Of a DNA stretch of 64,000 bases, positions 26,079-40,621 are shown one piece after another. This DNA is from Callorhinchus milii. Taxonomy: Eukaryota. Both the position numbers and the translations under genes were made by a program. The number at the start of each line of letters is the position of its first letter. Within the stretch, counting starts at the first letter, position 1. The notes below the pieces were generated by a model. It had not been told where the DNA came from and did not search any database. It saw only the letters and a program-made list of their open reading frames with translations. The DNA lies in assembly GCF_018977255.1 (NCBI RefSeq), contig NW_024704742.1, positions 107,014,001 through 107,078,000 on the forward strand. Direction: 5' to 3'.

Positions 26079-26649
26079 AAATAAATGTATCTATACCATC
26101 TCCATAGGACACAATAATTTCCTCATCTCAGGAGCCATGAGAAAGAGGAAGAACATTATCTTTGAAGCGAAGGAGAATAGATTTGAATAGTAGTGATTTG
26201 GAGGCAGAATCATTTTCTAGAGTTTTTGCTTGGTTGAATTTATGGTTTGAGTAATGATAGATTGGGTGCAGTGAAATTCTTTATTCGGTAATCTGTGCAT
26301 CGCCTGAGGGTTTGATGGGCTTCATAGCCTTTTCCTGCTCTTATGTTCTTAAAGTTTAATTGTGAGGCAGCACCTGTAAGTGAGAGCGGTTTAAGGGACC
26401 AATTTGCCTACTCCGTTCTTATAAATATGTATCCTGTGCAATGATAATGAAATTTTATCTACCATGGCATCAGACAGCAAAACTCTAACATCCAATGTGT
26501 AACACTTGTAGATGAAAACTGTCAATTCACTTTCGATGCTATACCAAATGCAAGGATTATTATTATGGAGAAGACTCTTGAGAGAAGCAATTTGCGGCCT
26601 GCAATGAAGCATGATGTTGTGACTGATAATAAAAATCTTTATATTTGAG

Positions 26650-27021
26650 GTTGCACCTTATCATACCATTGAAATATCTCAAAGCATTTTACAGGATTTA
26701 CTGTAAAATGTAGGAGCTGTGTATTTTGTAGGCAATCTGCACACAGCAAAATCCCAAGTGAAAAAACAATTTTATTTGGGTGTTTCTTTAGCCGGGAGAA
26801 ACTCCCTCTCTTTTTAAGCAGCGCCAAGAGATCTCTAATGTCCACCTGAGCAGACAGGCTGGACCTGGCTTTCATGTCTCATTCAAAGGACGCCCCTCTG
26901 ACAATGCATCACTCCCTCAGCATTGCACTACAGCCTAGATGATGTGTTTGAAATCCTAATATAGAGCTTTGAAGCCACAACCTTTTTCAGAGGTGAGTAC
27001 TACCAACTGAGCCAGGCTGAC
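26650..27021 (-). mobile_element. SacSINE1-like DeuSINE, near full length
   Basis: The reverse strand begins GTCAGCCTGGCTCAGTTGGTAGTACTC (tRNA A box), and the body and tail are present. Confidence 0.8.
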
Positions 27022-30000
27022 ACCCATGATGTCATGTGTTAGGCAGCTAACTCTTCACAGAGATGGTAATGAAAGCTACCAGTCCACCAGCTGCTTCCCT
27101 CAAAACCTGTAGTGATGAATGGAGGACAGCTTTGTGCCGTAGACCTTTTTCCATTGGGGAACTAGATTGTTAGAAGGCATTACTCTCTGCTGCTACGAGT
27201 GATCCGTAATCACTTTTGTGGATCTTTCAAAAGAGAAAGCTAAGGCAGTGATCTTGACAGCAGTCAAGCTTCTTTGATGTTCTTAAATAAACTCCACATC
27301 AAATCCCAAGTCCCTGCTTGTTTTGTATTTTTGCTGCTCTTTATAATGAGGCTCAGGGAGAAATGTTAAAGAACTTTCCCTCAGGAGATTAAGTAGTGGG
27401 TGGAGTTCATGACAGAGTGGATTATACCCAGTGTGTAGATAAAGTGGACTTTATAGGACAAATAGCTTTATATATGTTCCAGTAGACTTAATGGTGGAAT
27501 AAGTTTGATGCACTACACAGCCTACTCTTGTTCCTATGTTACATTCTTGTTGTAATTTATTGCACTTGAAACCCAATCATTCAGTAGGCCTTTAAAGGCT
27601 GTTTTTTAAACATACTGAGAACTTTTCTGGTGCGTATATATTTATCATTCCTGACAATTGCCCAACCAGCGATGTTGTTTTTGTTATTTCATGGTGTCTT
27701 TTACTTACTGTCAATTAAAAAATACTAGTTACACATATATCCTGTTCTTCTTAATATATTTGTATTTTATTTTAAATATAGTATAATCAGTGATGCATTG
27801 TCGGCTGTTAACATGTTAAACCAAGGTCTGTACCGCTTCTGCCTGTTCAAGTGGATGTTGAAAGTACCATGGCACGATTTGAAAAGAGAAGGGAGTTTCT
27901 CCTGGGTGTCCTGCCAACTGCCCCCTTGAAAAGTTAGTCACTCACCTCATAGCTTTTGTGGGGCATTGCTGTGCACAGAGTAAGTGTTTACAAAGAAACA
28001 GTAACAGAAAACACGGTAGAAACACTCACAATAATTACTGTGATGTGCTTTGATACGTTTTGACAGATGAGGTGCTCTGAATATATTTATTTTGTTAGGG
28101 TGTAAGATGCTTGTGAATATTGAGAAAGGAAGTTCAATTTAGCTAAACATTATCATGTGTGGGGGAATTGGGGGAGAGAAATACAATACGTGATGTGATA
28201 ATGATCATTCCTCCCAATTATCACATTTCCCCCCCTCATTTTGTGATGGTTGGTTATATTCTATGACTTATGATTATTGCTGTTCTTCCACCCTGTTTGT
28301 GAACTGAAACTGTCAACCATAGAGTTGTTTCCAACTCACAGTTTCCAACTCTATGGTTTGAATCATCAAATCGTACAGAGCAGTTTTGAATTATCATATA
28401 GTACTTTGCACCTCAGTGAATGAACAAGGATGAATATTTAGTTTTGTCCTCCATTCTGTCCTGTCAATGAGACCCATTGGGGCGCAGTTCCATAGGTAGT
28501 AGCAGCACTTTGGTAACTTAATAAAGCTTGCATTTGATATAGCACCTTTCTCATTGGGAGGATGTCTCAGAGTGATTCACATGATTTACTGAAGTGAAGT
28601 GACTGTGTATTTTGTGGGTGAAATTACCCCATATGGCTGGTCACAATGATGTTCGATCATGCATTTGGATTTAAAAAAAATTAGTTATCTACTTTGTGGC
28701 TGTTTGTGGCACATTGTTGTGCGCAAATTGACTGCTGTGTTTACTTACAAATACACAGTCACTACATTTTACAGTAAAATTCTGTGAAGCGCTTTGAAGT
28801 GTCACAACAACATGATACAGTATCAATGCAAGGATTATTATTAACACTTGTTGACAGAAACACAGTTTAGATCAGAAAGGCACCAATAACACAGCTACTT
28901 TCCTTTGCTTTCCTTAATTTGTCAACCTCAGTCTGATATATAGGAATAATGAAGTAGAATGAGTGCACTGTATTGGAATTGAAAATCTCGCTCAGTATGA
29001 TGTGGGTGTGTTTATCTTTCTACCAAGTGGCAACATTGAAAAAGGTTATAGAATGGATTCAATAAGTGCCAAAGGTTGAACAAAGCAATTGAAGTCTTGC
29101 GCGAAAGGGATAGGCACGATTGACATGGAAATAAAAGAGCAAGAACTCACCTCACATTTCTTTTTCCTCTTGAAACAACACTGTACTGCTTGCTCCCAAA
29201 ATTAAGTGACAAAGTACTTATCCAATATTCTTGGCTTCTCTTATTGTTATGCAGGATATAATGTCAGCCTAAAATATCTTTTTATGATGTTTCTATTCAG
29301 TCTGAATTGATGTAAATTAACCCGGTCATTTCCTTTTGGTATTGAAGAAAACTCCTTTCAAAGCAATAGCTCTTCATTTGATCAGGAATATGTGTGATCA
29401 TTTTAAGGTTTTACTCAATGGAAAAATTAGTGACAAACTGCGACTTCTGAACAATTCAAATTATTGTGAAAAGTTTGGAACCAGTTCATAATTTTGAAAT
29501 GTAGCTACATTTATTTTAATGGACTTGTAATCCAACTTTCCTCACTTTAAGAATAATTATAGTGATTCAGAAGCTTCCAAATATTCAAAGGGAGCGTAAT
29601 TATCTGTGCGTCATATTTGAACCATTAGGTACTGATTGTGGTTCCATTGTGGATCTAACAGCTAAAGTTGTTGACTTAGTCACTGCATCTCTTAAACCCT
29701 GAGATTTTTGTAGACTGTGAATTTCTAAGGTCATGGGAGCTCCTCCCAGTGTTGTAGCAACTCAAAGGTTAACAGTCTTGTTATTCTATTCCTCAGAATT
29801 GTCATAAGGCAGGAAGTGGGAGCCATATCCTGCAGTCACAGCCCCGCACATGAATTGTCCTGGACTCTAGACTTGTATTGTAAAAAGTAGGAGAAATTGC
29901 AGAGTGCCTTTGTTATCAGCCTTTAGTTCCAAAGTGTTAAAGGCAGTTCCAGTATGAAAGGAAAGATTGTTGGAAATTGCATTTATCAGGGTAATTTAAG

Positions 30001-30640
30001 TTCTAATCTCTCAGTATTCTACATAATGGTTCTCTTCATCTCCTCCTCAACGTTAATTGCATATAAAGCATCATATATTCTTGCACAGATTGGCTTGCCT
30101 GACAGGTAGTAAAAATCTTTTATCAAAATACGAAATTTGACCAAAATTGTGCCTCTGTGTGACTGATTACAAGTGCACTGGAGAAATCGATTGCACGTAG
30201 ATACGAAAATTCCTCCAGAAATAACAAAAAAACATTCTTGACTGCAGTTTCATGGAAATTGCTCAAACAGGGTATTGAAGCTGTTCAATTGTATTACCTA
30301 CATAAATTTTTCTACTCAGAAGGCGGAATCAGCAGCTAGAAACGCTTGGACTGTACGTTGAAATTACAGTGTTCTATGACAGTCACAATAGTCCTTCCCT
30401 TCCAATTTCAGCAACAATAGGCTTGACTGTATCGTAGCTTGATGGAGTTAGAGAACATCCAGGCCTGGACATGAAGAGCAATAGTTTGGATACTCTTAAC
30501 CATGGTGATGGGTTTCTGTATGTTTGGTACACTCAGCCGTCCCAAAAAAACACACAAAAAGTGACAAAACCAGTTTGTTGTGTTTTAGCACAGATTTCTT
30601 CCTATGCATACTGACAGTACTTTTCTCATGTGTTTGACAG

Positions 30641-31106
30641 GTTAGTATTCTGACAACCCTGGAACGGCGATTTGACCTGCAAAGCACAGAACTAGGAGTA
30701 ATCGCAAGTAGCTTTGAGATCGGAAACCTTATGATAATTTTGTTGGTGAGCTACTTTGGTGGCAAGGGACACCGACCACGGCTGATAGGCTGTGGTGGGA
30801 TCATAATGGCCATTGGGTCTTTGTTTTGTGCGTTGCCTGAATTCCTAAGCCATCAATATCAATACAAGAAGGTGGATACATCAGTACTAAAAGACACCTG
30901 CTCTGCAAATCTGTCCTTGGAGGAAGTGCAAATGTCAATAGAGAAGAATCTGAAAAGCTGCGCGGAAACAGAGACAACAAACATGATGTACGTGTTAGTG
31001 ATTGTGGCTCAGGTTATAATTGGGGCCGGTGCAACTCCCATTCAGCCACTGGGCGTCTCTTACATTGATGACCATGTACGGAAAAGGGATTCCTCACTTT
31101 ACATAG
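30641..31106 (+). CDS. SLCO3A1: SLCO3A1-like coding exon 2 (466 bp), covering about TM2-TM4
   Basis: Acceptor TTTGACAG|GTT and donor ATAG|GTAAGT. Translation VSILTTLERRFDLQSTELGVIASSFEIGNL...HRPRLIGCGG...ALPEFL...QPLGVSYIDDHVRKRDSSLYI carries OATP hallmark motifs and joins exon 1 in phase (GAYL|VS). Confidence 0.93.
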
Positions 31107-34100
31107 GTAAGTGCTTTATTTGTGGTTCTCAAACTCTTCTTATACATTTGTTTTCTCAACTTCTTTTCAGGTTAGGGCATCACTGGTATCTGTCATATGA
31201 ACTGAAGCAGTGATTTATTTTGCATTAGATTATAAAACAGTAGTCAATCTCTAGAGGACATTGTAATCTAGAAATGGCCTGAATTGACTTGTCAATTATG
31301 GGGTCAATTCCAAAGATGCCATCAAGATCCATTCAAGGATGAGACTGACATTTTAGTTTCAAGCCCTCTCTTGACTGCATTATATATTGAAAGAAAAGGA
31401 ATAAAAACCCAACCATCCAGAAGAAGTTCAGGGAAACGATTTTTTTGGTAGTCCCAAGTCTACAGAGGAAATGGAAATTCAGTGTTATTTTTTGCTACAA
31501 ATATTCTTTGACTTTATAGCCTGTAGAATCCAACATTAGATCTCAGAATAAAAATAAATGTTGGAAATCTGAAATATACAGGGAAAATGTCAAAACGGCA
31601 CAACAGGTAAATCAGCATATGGAAGAAATGGGCCAAGACTCGGCTAATTTTGGCTAAGACTATTCCGTAGATTATGAGATGTTAACTTGTCTTTCTCCTC
31701 AAATACTGAGTAACCTGCTGGGGATTGATATCTTCTTCTCTTTTTAACAAGAGTCTAGGTTGTGGGTGTAAACACAGTTTATTCCAGGGTCTCAAATAAC
31801 CAATGGAAACTTGACATCTCAGTAACTTCACATGGCTACTGGATCGCTCTTAACTAATTGACAGAATACTAGTCTAATACTGTAACAGATACATGTCACT
31901 GAGCTTAACAGGCAGATCTTCAGAACAGAAATTCTTTAAATCCTGCTGAGTAAGTGGGTGTTTTTTGCTGCCACTTGAAGAGTCAGTCAATGAAGGAGCT
32001 TTCAGTAGCACACTATTTCCAAAAGTGTTAACACATCATAAAGTAGATGTGACTTTTTGCTTTGTGGCTGCAATTTATTGATTTTAACAAAATAAAACTG
32101 TTGTCCAGTTGAAGTGGCAGGGGAAACTCAGCACCCTAACCTCTCACATCCTTAAATAGATATTTTTTGGTAGTTAATCAGAAAAAAATCCGTACTTTGC
32201 ATTTCTTTCAGACAAATTTCCATTTACATCTGAAGAGAATTTTGGGCTGTGCTTCCATTTAGTTTCGATTCTTGTACCTTATAGTTTAACCCTGGAAATA
32301 AAGTGGAGCTGAAAGTGGCCTGATCAGCTGGACCTGAATGATAGGTCAAACCTGATGAGCTGATAGTCTTCCCTTGCCCCAACCTTCTTGTGTACATAAA
32401 TAGACAGCATGTATGTAAAGGACTCATCAAATGTACTTCTAAAGGCTGTTGTCTTGACGCAGTGGTGTTATGTGACCGTTTGATGTTTGTGCCTATATGT
32501 GCTAGTGACACTCAGCAGGTTTCAACTTTACTCTATTTTCAGGGTTAAGCATTAATATTTCCGGACCAACTTGGGACTGTTCTCCTATGTGTGCGTGTGT
32601 GTCTGCGTGGGGGCGCGGTGGGAGAGAGTTAAGTGGAATCTCTTTGGAGTTGAGCTGGCTTGTTAATGGAATATTGGAATCGAGTCAACATCTAGGTTGT
32701 CCGGTTCCTGAGCCAGTCGGGTCCATAGTACTGCAGGGCCCTGTTGATGACAGACAGGCAGCCTCGCTTATTAGTCGGACTTGGAGAAACAGACTGGTCT
32801 CTGGGAGCAGAGATTCTTCCCACTCCACTCCTGTTAACCCTCCCAGCCATAGATTCACTGCGAGAATAAGTGGGCTAAAGAAAAANTACAAATACAATGC
32901 AATTTAACAATTTAAAAATACAATTTAACCCATGTCAACAGATTGTCCACCTCAATTCAATATAAGGGCAACATTTATGCAGTAAGTGAAGTGGTAATTA
33001 TCACCATTAATACTTAGCATATTAATATTTTGCTCTGGGAATGTCTCAATTGTATACACTCGGCAGCGACCCTCCCCACCCCCTCCCAACATTGTTTCAC
33101 CCGAAAGCATGTTGATGAGTTATTGAGATGGCTGATGATGTTTGCTCTTGTTGTCAATGTTCCAATGCATGAATTTGGGAAATACCATCTTAACTCGTCT
33201 TTAAAAGTTACCTTATGATGCAGTGAATCTTCCAATGGACATTTATAATTGGGTGAACTGCTGAATAACTCCACTTTTTTTTTGCACTGAAGGTGACTTT
33301 TGTCCCATTCAAAACAACAAGAGTGAAGTGTATGTGGAGTCTTGCTCAACCCAAAGCAATGTGACATTCTTAAACTTCTCCCATTATTTCACTGGGAGAA
33401 TAGAGAGAAAATGTGTTTAAAAAGAAGTAATGTGTTTGAAGAACTTCAAATGAATAGAGAAGGTCATATTTGTTTAATTTCAAGCTACTGTGATTGTATA
33501 GGTCAAGTAACTGTGAAATATCAGATATCTTGCAGTATTCAAGTAAGATGTGATTGATTTAAATGCCTCTCAATGAAGTGGTGTGAATGTAATGGTGTGT
33601 TTTACACTGCCGATGATTCTTTTGGCACTAGTTGAACTTCCAAGTGCTAACTCTGAACAATCTGATTGACCTGCGTTTTCCTCTTTATTACAACAATCCT
33701 ATAATAATAATATTTGCATTTGATACAGTGCCTTATCATGTAATTGAAAAGTCTCAAAGCACTTTCCCCGAGTTGGATCCAAGGTGACATTCAGGATAAC
33801 AGAATATAGGAATCAGATCAATTCTCTATCGTGGTCTCAATAATTTGTCCCTAAGGTAAGCGGGTTGCAATTCTCCAGGACATTGCTGATTACAGACCAG
33901 CCAGCCTGGAGTCTCGGCAGGATTAGGAGGAGCAGTCTGCCTGCAGTCACAGGGTGGAGGATCCTTCCCACTCATCTCCTGTAAGACAAACCTACAAGCC
34001 AAAGTCCTAAAGGGTAGGGTGGTCCCAGGTGGACAAGCAGAGAAAGTGAATTCCATTCTAGGACAAGGAAATTTCCACGCATAAGTGACAGACATATTTG

Positions 34101-37100
34101 GAACTCTAGTTTGGATACCTAGTATGGTGATGAGTTTCCACATGTCTTAGGCTGATGAAAATAAAACCTGAACAGGCAGATAGGGCCCTGGTTAAGCATC
34201 TCATCTGAAGTATACATTAGATGATGCGTTGCTCTCTATAATAGGAGCTCACCGTCCCAACATAGAGCTAGATAGAATGTAACTCTATGTTGGGACTTAG
34301 AGCTCCTAATCTCTATGCCCCAACATAGTTGAGGAAATAGGTCATTCAGCCCAATGAGTCCAACACGCATGGTCAACTCCACATGAGCCTCTACATTTCC
34401 TATTCCCCTCACTCTGTTCTCTCATACTTGCAAGCTTCTGACTCAAATACGAGAGTACTACCAACTGAGCCTGGCTGACACACATTTAAGATTAATATCA
34501 AAGTGCTTACAATCTCTTTGAAACCTTTTATGTGAATAGTGATGTATAAATGCAAGTTGCTGTATTTAAATATCATAAATATTTAATTATGCTTTCAGCA
34601 GACTTCAAATTTGAAAGACAGCTTCTTACATAAATATTTATTCACAGATGACCAAAGGAAGAGATCAACAGAGTGGCTAGAGCAGGTGTTTAATGATGCT
34701 CAGAGAACCAATATTCCCTCTGATGTAATGGTTATTTCTATAGAGCAGTTGGGATCGTTTATGGTACAATTGCATATAGTATGAAGCAATAAAAAGGTAA
34801 CTTAAACAGTCAGGGGCTGAGGCTACATACTTAGATACTCAAAGTTTTGTACTGAGTGCTGTATGATCATACCAGATATTCTGGTTTTGCTCAGTTGCTA
34901 GTACTTTTGTATCTGGGTCTGAAGAATGGGATTCAAGCCCTGCAGCAGAAACGAAGACAGTAATCTAGGTGAATACCCCAGTTTAGTACTGCATTGCCAG
35001 AGGTGCTGCTCTTTGAAAGAGGTTTAAACCTGAGGACTTGCCTGCTCGGGTGGACATTAAAGATCCCATTTTAAAGAAACTGCTTATCCTGGCCAACATT
35101 CTTCCCTCAGCCAAATTCAGATTAATTGGTCTTTCATTTCATTTTCATTGTTGGCTCAGAAGAACTTGCTGACCTAACAACAGACGCTGTACATCAAAAC
35201 AACTCATTGTCTGAAGTGCTTTCAGATATTTTGGCAAGGGATGTATTAAATGGAAGTTTTATTATTATTAGAAATATGTTACTTAACAGGAGATGTTCTG
35301 CTTTTATCTTATTGCATTTGCAAAAGAGATACTATATTGTGTTACACTGATAAAATCAACTAGGGAGGGCCAAACTGATCTTTGTTGGTCCTTACTAGAC
35401 TAACCTTTCAGATACACATGTTGCATGCATGTATATGCATGCACACCCACACAGACGTAAGGAGTCCTGTAGCAAATTGATTAGAGCACTTGCCTCGTAA
35501 ACGAGAGGACTAATTCCCAGGCCGGACGAAACCTTCGAAACGAGAAGGGAGTTTTGCTCAATGTCCTGGTCAACAATCCCCCAAATAAAATCTGTTATTG
35601 ACTTCATTGGCTATTGTGGAACATTACTGTAGTGCAAATTGTCTGCTTTGTTCATCTACAAATACACAGTCACTGCACTTTACTGGAAAATCCTGTGAAG
35701 CGCTTTTATATGTCTTGACAACGTGATAAGGTGCTATATCAAATTCAAGGATTATTATTATTTTCCTTATCAAATGAAAGTTTCCGTGAAAAGTTCTTTC
35801 TCCTTCCCTGTAAGCCAAAATAGCCATTTATTCATTTTTGTGGAGGTTTAAACATAATAATAATGGTTGTTTTCATTTACATGGCATAGTTGGCTAGTGG
35901 AAACAAAAAATCGAGAGTTGAGGCCAAAGGTTCATGACTATGTGTGCAGTGCACAGTAGGCAGAAAACCTTGTTTTCTAATATTAAATATCGGGAGAAAG
36001 CTACAACACTACACTGTTTCTACTAATACCTTATCAAAATGTTCCCTGTTTATCTGTACCAAAGAAAAAAAATGTAGTCAAATGAAAAAATCAAAACAAT
36101 AAATTAAGTGTTTCATTATTATACAATGGCAGGGAGTTTGAGAACTCATAGGAACTTTGTACAACATTTTTTAAAAGTTACATTTGCATTACAATTCACT
36201 AGTTCTTTAATATTTGTTGAATTTCGCCTACAAAAAAGTAATTATACTTTTTCAGAAACTTGTGAAGCGATTCCACAAGTCCTTAACATTGTATCAAATA
36301 TTAGGATTATTATTGACATTGAGCATGTTTCAACTTGTGTCGAACTTGTAGTGTGTTCTAAAAGTTTGACTTTGAGCTGCTGCTAAATCCTCACCTCTGG
36401 AAATGCCAAGTTATTAACGGTTGAGCTAAACAGGTCAGTTCAACGTTTCATTACACACTGACTGCTGAAGTCAGGTCAGTGGAAGTGCCAGGCTTCCAAG
36501 CTCTTCAGATTGTCTATTTACTATAAATACTAAGTACTAAGTCTAAGTACTAAATACTAAGCTTGTCTAAATGTTAATGAAAAAGCAAAAGAGTTTACTG
36601 TGCTGCAATGTGCAGTTGAATGTCAAAATATATACAGGCTAACATTTCAGGATTTGAGTGTTTCTTCATTGAGTTGTAACCAATGTTTGCTTAGAATGTT
36701 TCCCAGGGCGTTTTATCATTTTGGATATGAACATCATACCATCTGGGATTTTTGTTCAGAAAAGTTCAGACGTTTCACTCTGAATATGTCCTAGTTTTTG
36801 AAGACATGTGTTCCGCATGTTTTGAAACGTTTGCTTAAAACAGCCTCGTGTGGAAGGAGAAGCTCTCTGGATGTCTAATTCTTCTGCTACTCGTGGTTGA
36901 GCCTATTCTGTAAACTTCAAACACTTTTCAGTTCTGTTGGGTTCCCTTCCACTCTCTGGCCTTGTTATAACTCCATATCAGGACTTTGTGCTCATACATG
37001 GGTTGACACTCCAGTGCAATGCTAGGGGAGTGCCACATTGATGGAAATGCAGTCCTTCGGATGAAATTTGGTTCTCTTTTCATGGCTATTTATCGGACAG

Positions 37101-38154
37101 TGGTTTTTGCAAGCCACTTGCTGGTTTCGCCTACAAATACACAGTCCCTACATTTCCCACTAAATTCTCTGAAATGCTTTGAGATGTTTCGACAGTACAA
37201 TACAACTTACACCTTTCATGTTGGGAGGACATCCCAAACAGCTTGACAATTTTGGCTGAGAAATTAAAAATAATCAACAATTCTATAGAAACATAGGAAG
37301 TGGTAAGGGGCCGTATCAAATGTAAGGATTATTATTATTAACCCTGCCCAAAGCACATCTCCTACCTCAGCACCATGGTGTATCCAAGATTTTGTCATCA
37401 TGGCAAAAGATGTGGACTTGCCCATTTAGAAGCAGCTCAAAATTAAATGCTATAGTAAGTGACGCTCAGTGGAATATTTAGTGACAGACAGGGAGATGAT
37501 TGTGATGTAAATTGAGGCATGTCACGATCATGATGTTACAAACGTTCTTGCTCCATATGGCAACGGAAGCGGAGACTTCAATTCTGCCGGATTGCCAGCT
37601 ATTCAAAATTGAACTTTGCATATCATGTCCTCTCATGAATCTCTTTGATTGTGTCACTCTCACTTACTGTCCTTCAAATGACATAGTCAAGCTATATTTT
37701 TCAGAAACTTCCAACATTCTCTGTCTGGGAAGATGAGACTGCAAACTGCACAGCAATTTGTTTTAAATTGCCGCTTGCGAGTTGCGAGTCTGGCAATAAC
37801 TCACCAGAAGAAATAAAGCAATCACACAGCATTCTTTGCCATTGTTCATCCTCTGTATGTACAGATTAGAATGTAACTACAAGAAACATACATCTTCCAA
37901 TCAACAAAAGCACTGCTGTTTCCTTAACTGTCGTATCTATTCAGAGTCCTGAATAACTGGCATTATTCATCTTGGTACAGAATGCTCCAACAGGGAATGT
38001 CCTGTGATAATGCATTTCGACTGGTGAAACGTGCATCTGAGAGGGGATGGCTTCCCACTGCCAGAGTGCAGAGAAAGGAGCCTCGTTGATAGATGGCTTA
38101 AATATCGTTTCTCCCATTATCTGAAATGGCTGCACAAAATAACCAAGCCCACTA

Positions 38155-38422
38155 ATTATAATAATATAATAATAATCCTTGTATTTGATATAGCGCTTTT
38201 CACACCTTCTAAACATCTCAAAGCGCTTTATGCAATATGCTGTGAAGTGATTTTGACAATATATTTGTGGGCGAACGCGGCAGCCAATTGCGCACAGCAG
38301 TGTCCCACAAACAGTCGTGGATTAAAAATGACCAATTTATTATTGTTTTGTGTTTTGGAGGGATTATTATTAGGCGTGTGGAGTAAGGAAACTTGCCCAA
38401 GGTTTTGCCCTGCCTGGAATTG
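38155..38422 (-). mobile_element. Deu-SINE, short subtype, head truncated
   Basis: Matches the reverse complement of 57226-57547. Confidence 0.9.
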
Positions 38423-40406
38423 CTTGTTAATAAGATTGCAGCAAGGGAGCCCAGCAACAAGTGCAGCTCATCTTGTACTCATTGTCAGAGGTAATTATTC
38501 AGGACCCTAAGATAATTACAGAACTGACGAAAGAGCCCAGGGTACAGAGTACCAGAGTGTTGCTGAGCTGTTCCAGTAGCTGTTATAACTGGTGAGTCTG
38601 ATCGAGCTTTGCTCAATTTCAATTCTAAAGCCAGTCATGTTGTTAAAGATAGCAACGACGCAGACATGGGATGTGAGATATGTCGGGAGTTCAGCATGAA
38701 CCCGACTGTACTGAGCTACATATGCCAGCTCTGCCCGCACACATTAATTAATTAGGATTATTGAATATTCTCATCCAAATCAATTTCAGAAATGTTAAAA
38801 TTGTAATAAATTACAATGTGCCTGTAATATTATTCATAGTATCACTGGCACCAATTATATTCCATTTCAACGCAGCTGATTAAAGTGTTTTAACCTTGAC
38901 ACGAAGATACTGACTAACCCTCTAAATACTGAATGTAACAACCGAACCCTTTTTTAAGATATTCCAAAAATAGTACGGATTCATAAGTACTCAGTAGTTT
39001 CGTACGTTATTCAATAATGTTCACGTGTAGCGATATCCTGTAATTTATTTTATTCTTAACTTTAGGGAAGGCAGAGCAAAAGTACGTTCAACACTGAACC
39101 CATTATTAACAGTAATTCCAATCGCGAAATGAAGGCACATTTCCAAAGGACGGTTATGAGTTTATACTCAGCGGTCGGCTTGTACAGTCAGCTGGTTGGG
39201 GTGAACTCGATCTTTTCCCCACATTGTGGTTTGGCAGCAGCTGCAGAAAAGTTGAGACTGGACTCAGCTCATCAAACACACGTAAGCCAGCTCCCCACAC
39301 TGCAGGCTTCTGGCATTGCCAACTCTGCAATGGGGAGCCTCCAGTGATCCAAATTCCCACTCCACCCATATATAAGGGGCTAATTTGTGGTATTTCTTAA
39401 TAAGATTCTTTGATAAGGAATCTGATTGCCCAAATAGGGTCGTCTTTCTGCAACCAGAAATATGGCCGCTGATGTACAAAAATTCCACTCCTACGCAATC
39501 TACTTCAGAGTAGAGTTTTCACAGGTTGACAGAAATGGTGATAGTGTTTCTCATTAAGGAAACTGGTCAGGAAATACAGAAAATTAGACCCAAATGTTAA
39601 TAACAAAGTCAAAACCATGCATATAGACTTGAGAAGTACATTATAAAATTAATTTCAGTGCTGGCCTATTTTTTGTTGTCCAGTTCAGTCTTCAGCCCAC
39701 TTCCGTATCTTAAGGATAATTTTGCTGCAGTTTAGATCTTGGCATGAAATGGACAATGGAGTGTAAAATACAGCAGCTGCAAACGTTTATCTACAAAATA
39801 CAGTCACAATTTATATATCCTGGGAAGCACTTTGAAATGTCCTCCCAATATGATAGGCACCATATCACATACAAGGATAATTATTATAAATTAGGTTTGT
39901 TGCTTTCATTGTGGCATCTAGTTTGCAAAAATTGCATTGTAAACAGTGATTCATGTATCTTAAGATGGCAGAGTCTGAGTAAAGTGAGAAACAAACCGTG
40001 ATAGGAATCAGCCTGTGTTTTGTTCACCAGCTTTTTTTTCGGACTTTGCCAGTTTGGGATTTACAAATCACTATTTTGTGAATCGAGTGTGAAATTCTCA
40101 ATTTGACATTCATAACCCGGACATTGAAATTAACTGCATGAATTTGGTTTGCCAATACTGTATCGGATTTAAGCTTGTAGCATTGCAGAGACGTAACAGA
40201 ATGCCTTCAGATAGAGCTTTATCTTAAAATCAAATTTCACTAGAAATTGCTATTGAAGAGTGGTCGGGAGGTGAACATTCTTGATGCAGATGGTAGAATT
40301 TTATTTCTAAAATTCATATCAAGATCATTAATATTAAAACCAAACTAAAATGTAACAGCAGAAAGTGTGAACACAAGAGCGCTTACAGCAGGCTCACCTG
40401 ACTGCC

Positions 40407-40615
40407 AAATTCCACCTAGTTTTATCCTGTAAAACCATTTTGTCTTAAAGTTTGTGATTGTGCAGAATTGTGTAAAATTCTTAAATCCAAACAAAGCTGC
40501 GCTTCATACATTATTTAAAAGAACTAGCTAACAGATTAAAACTGAATTTTACACAATTCAGCACCGTCTTAAGTTTTAAGGCAAAATATAAGGTAAAATA
40601 TATGGTATAAAGAAC
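40407..40615. mobile_element. Palindromic MITE-like element whose right end is displaced to about 42019-42037 by the CR1
   Basis: GAATTGTGTAAAATTC pairs with GAATTTTACACAATTC. AAATTCCACCTAGTTTTA pairs with TAAAACTAGGTGGAAATTT. Confidence 0.65.
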
Positions 40616-40621
40616 ACAGAT

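Larger units (their letters stand above)
20017..30640 (+). other. Intron 1 of the SLCO3A1-like gene (about 10.6 kb)
   Basis: GT...AG ends with in-phase joining of the flanking exons. Confidence 0.8.

Noticed and set aside
31107..31213. C-terminal extension of ORF 30731..31213 (KCFICGSQ...)
   Set aside because: It is read-through into the intron past the GTAAGT donor.
36523..36562. Short tandem repeats (TACTAAG-like here; also 7008-7033 and 19339-19388)
   Set aside because: Ordinary slippage duplications with no spacer structure, so not CRISPR-like.
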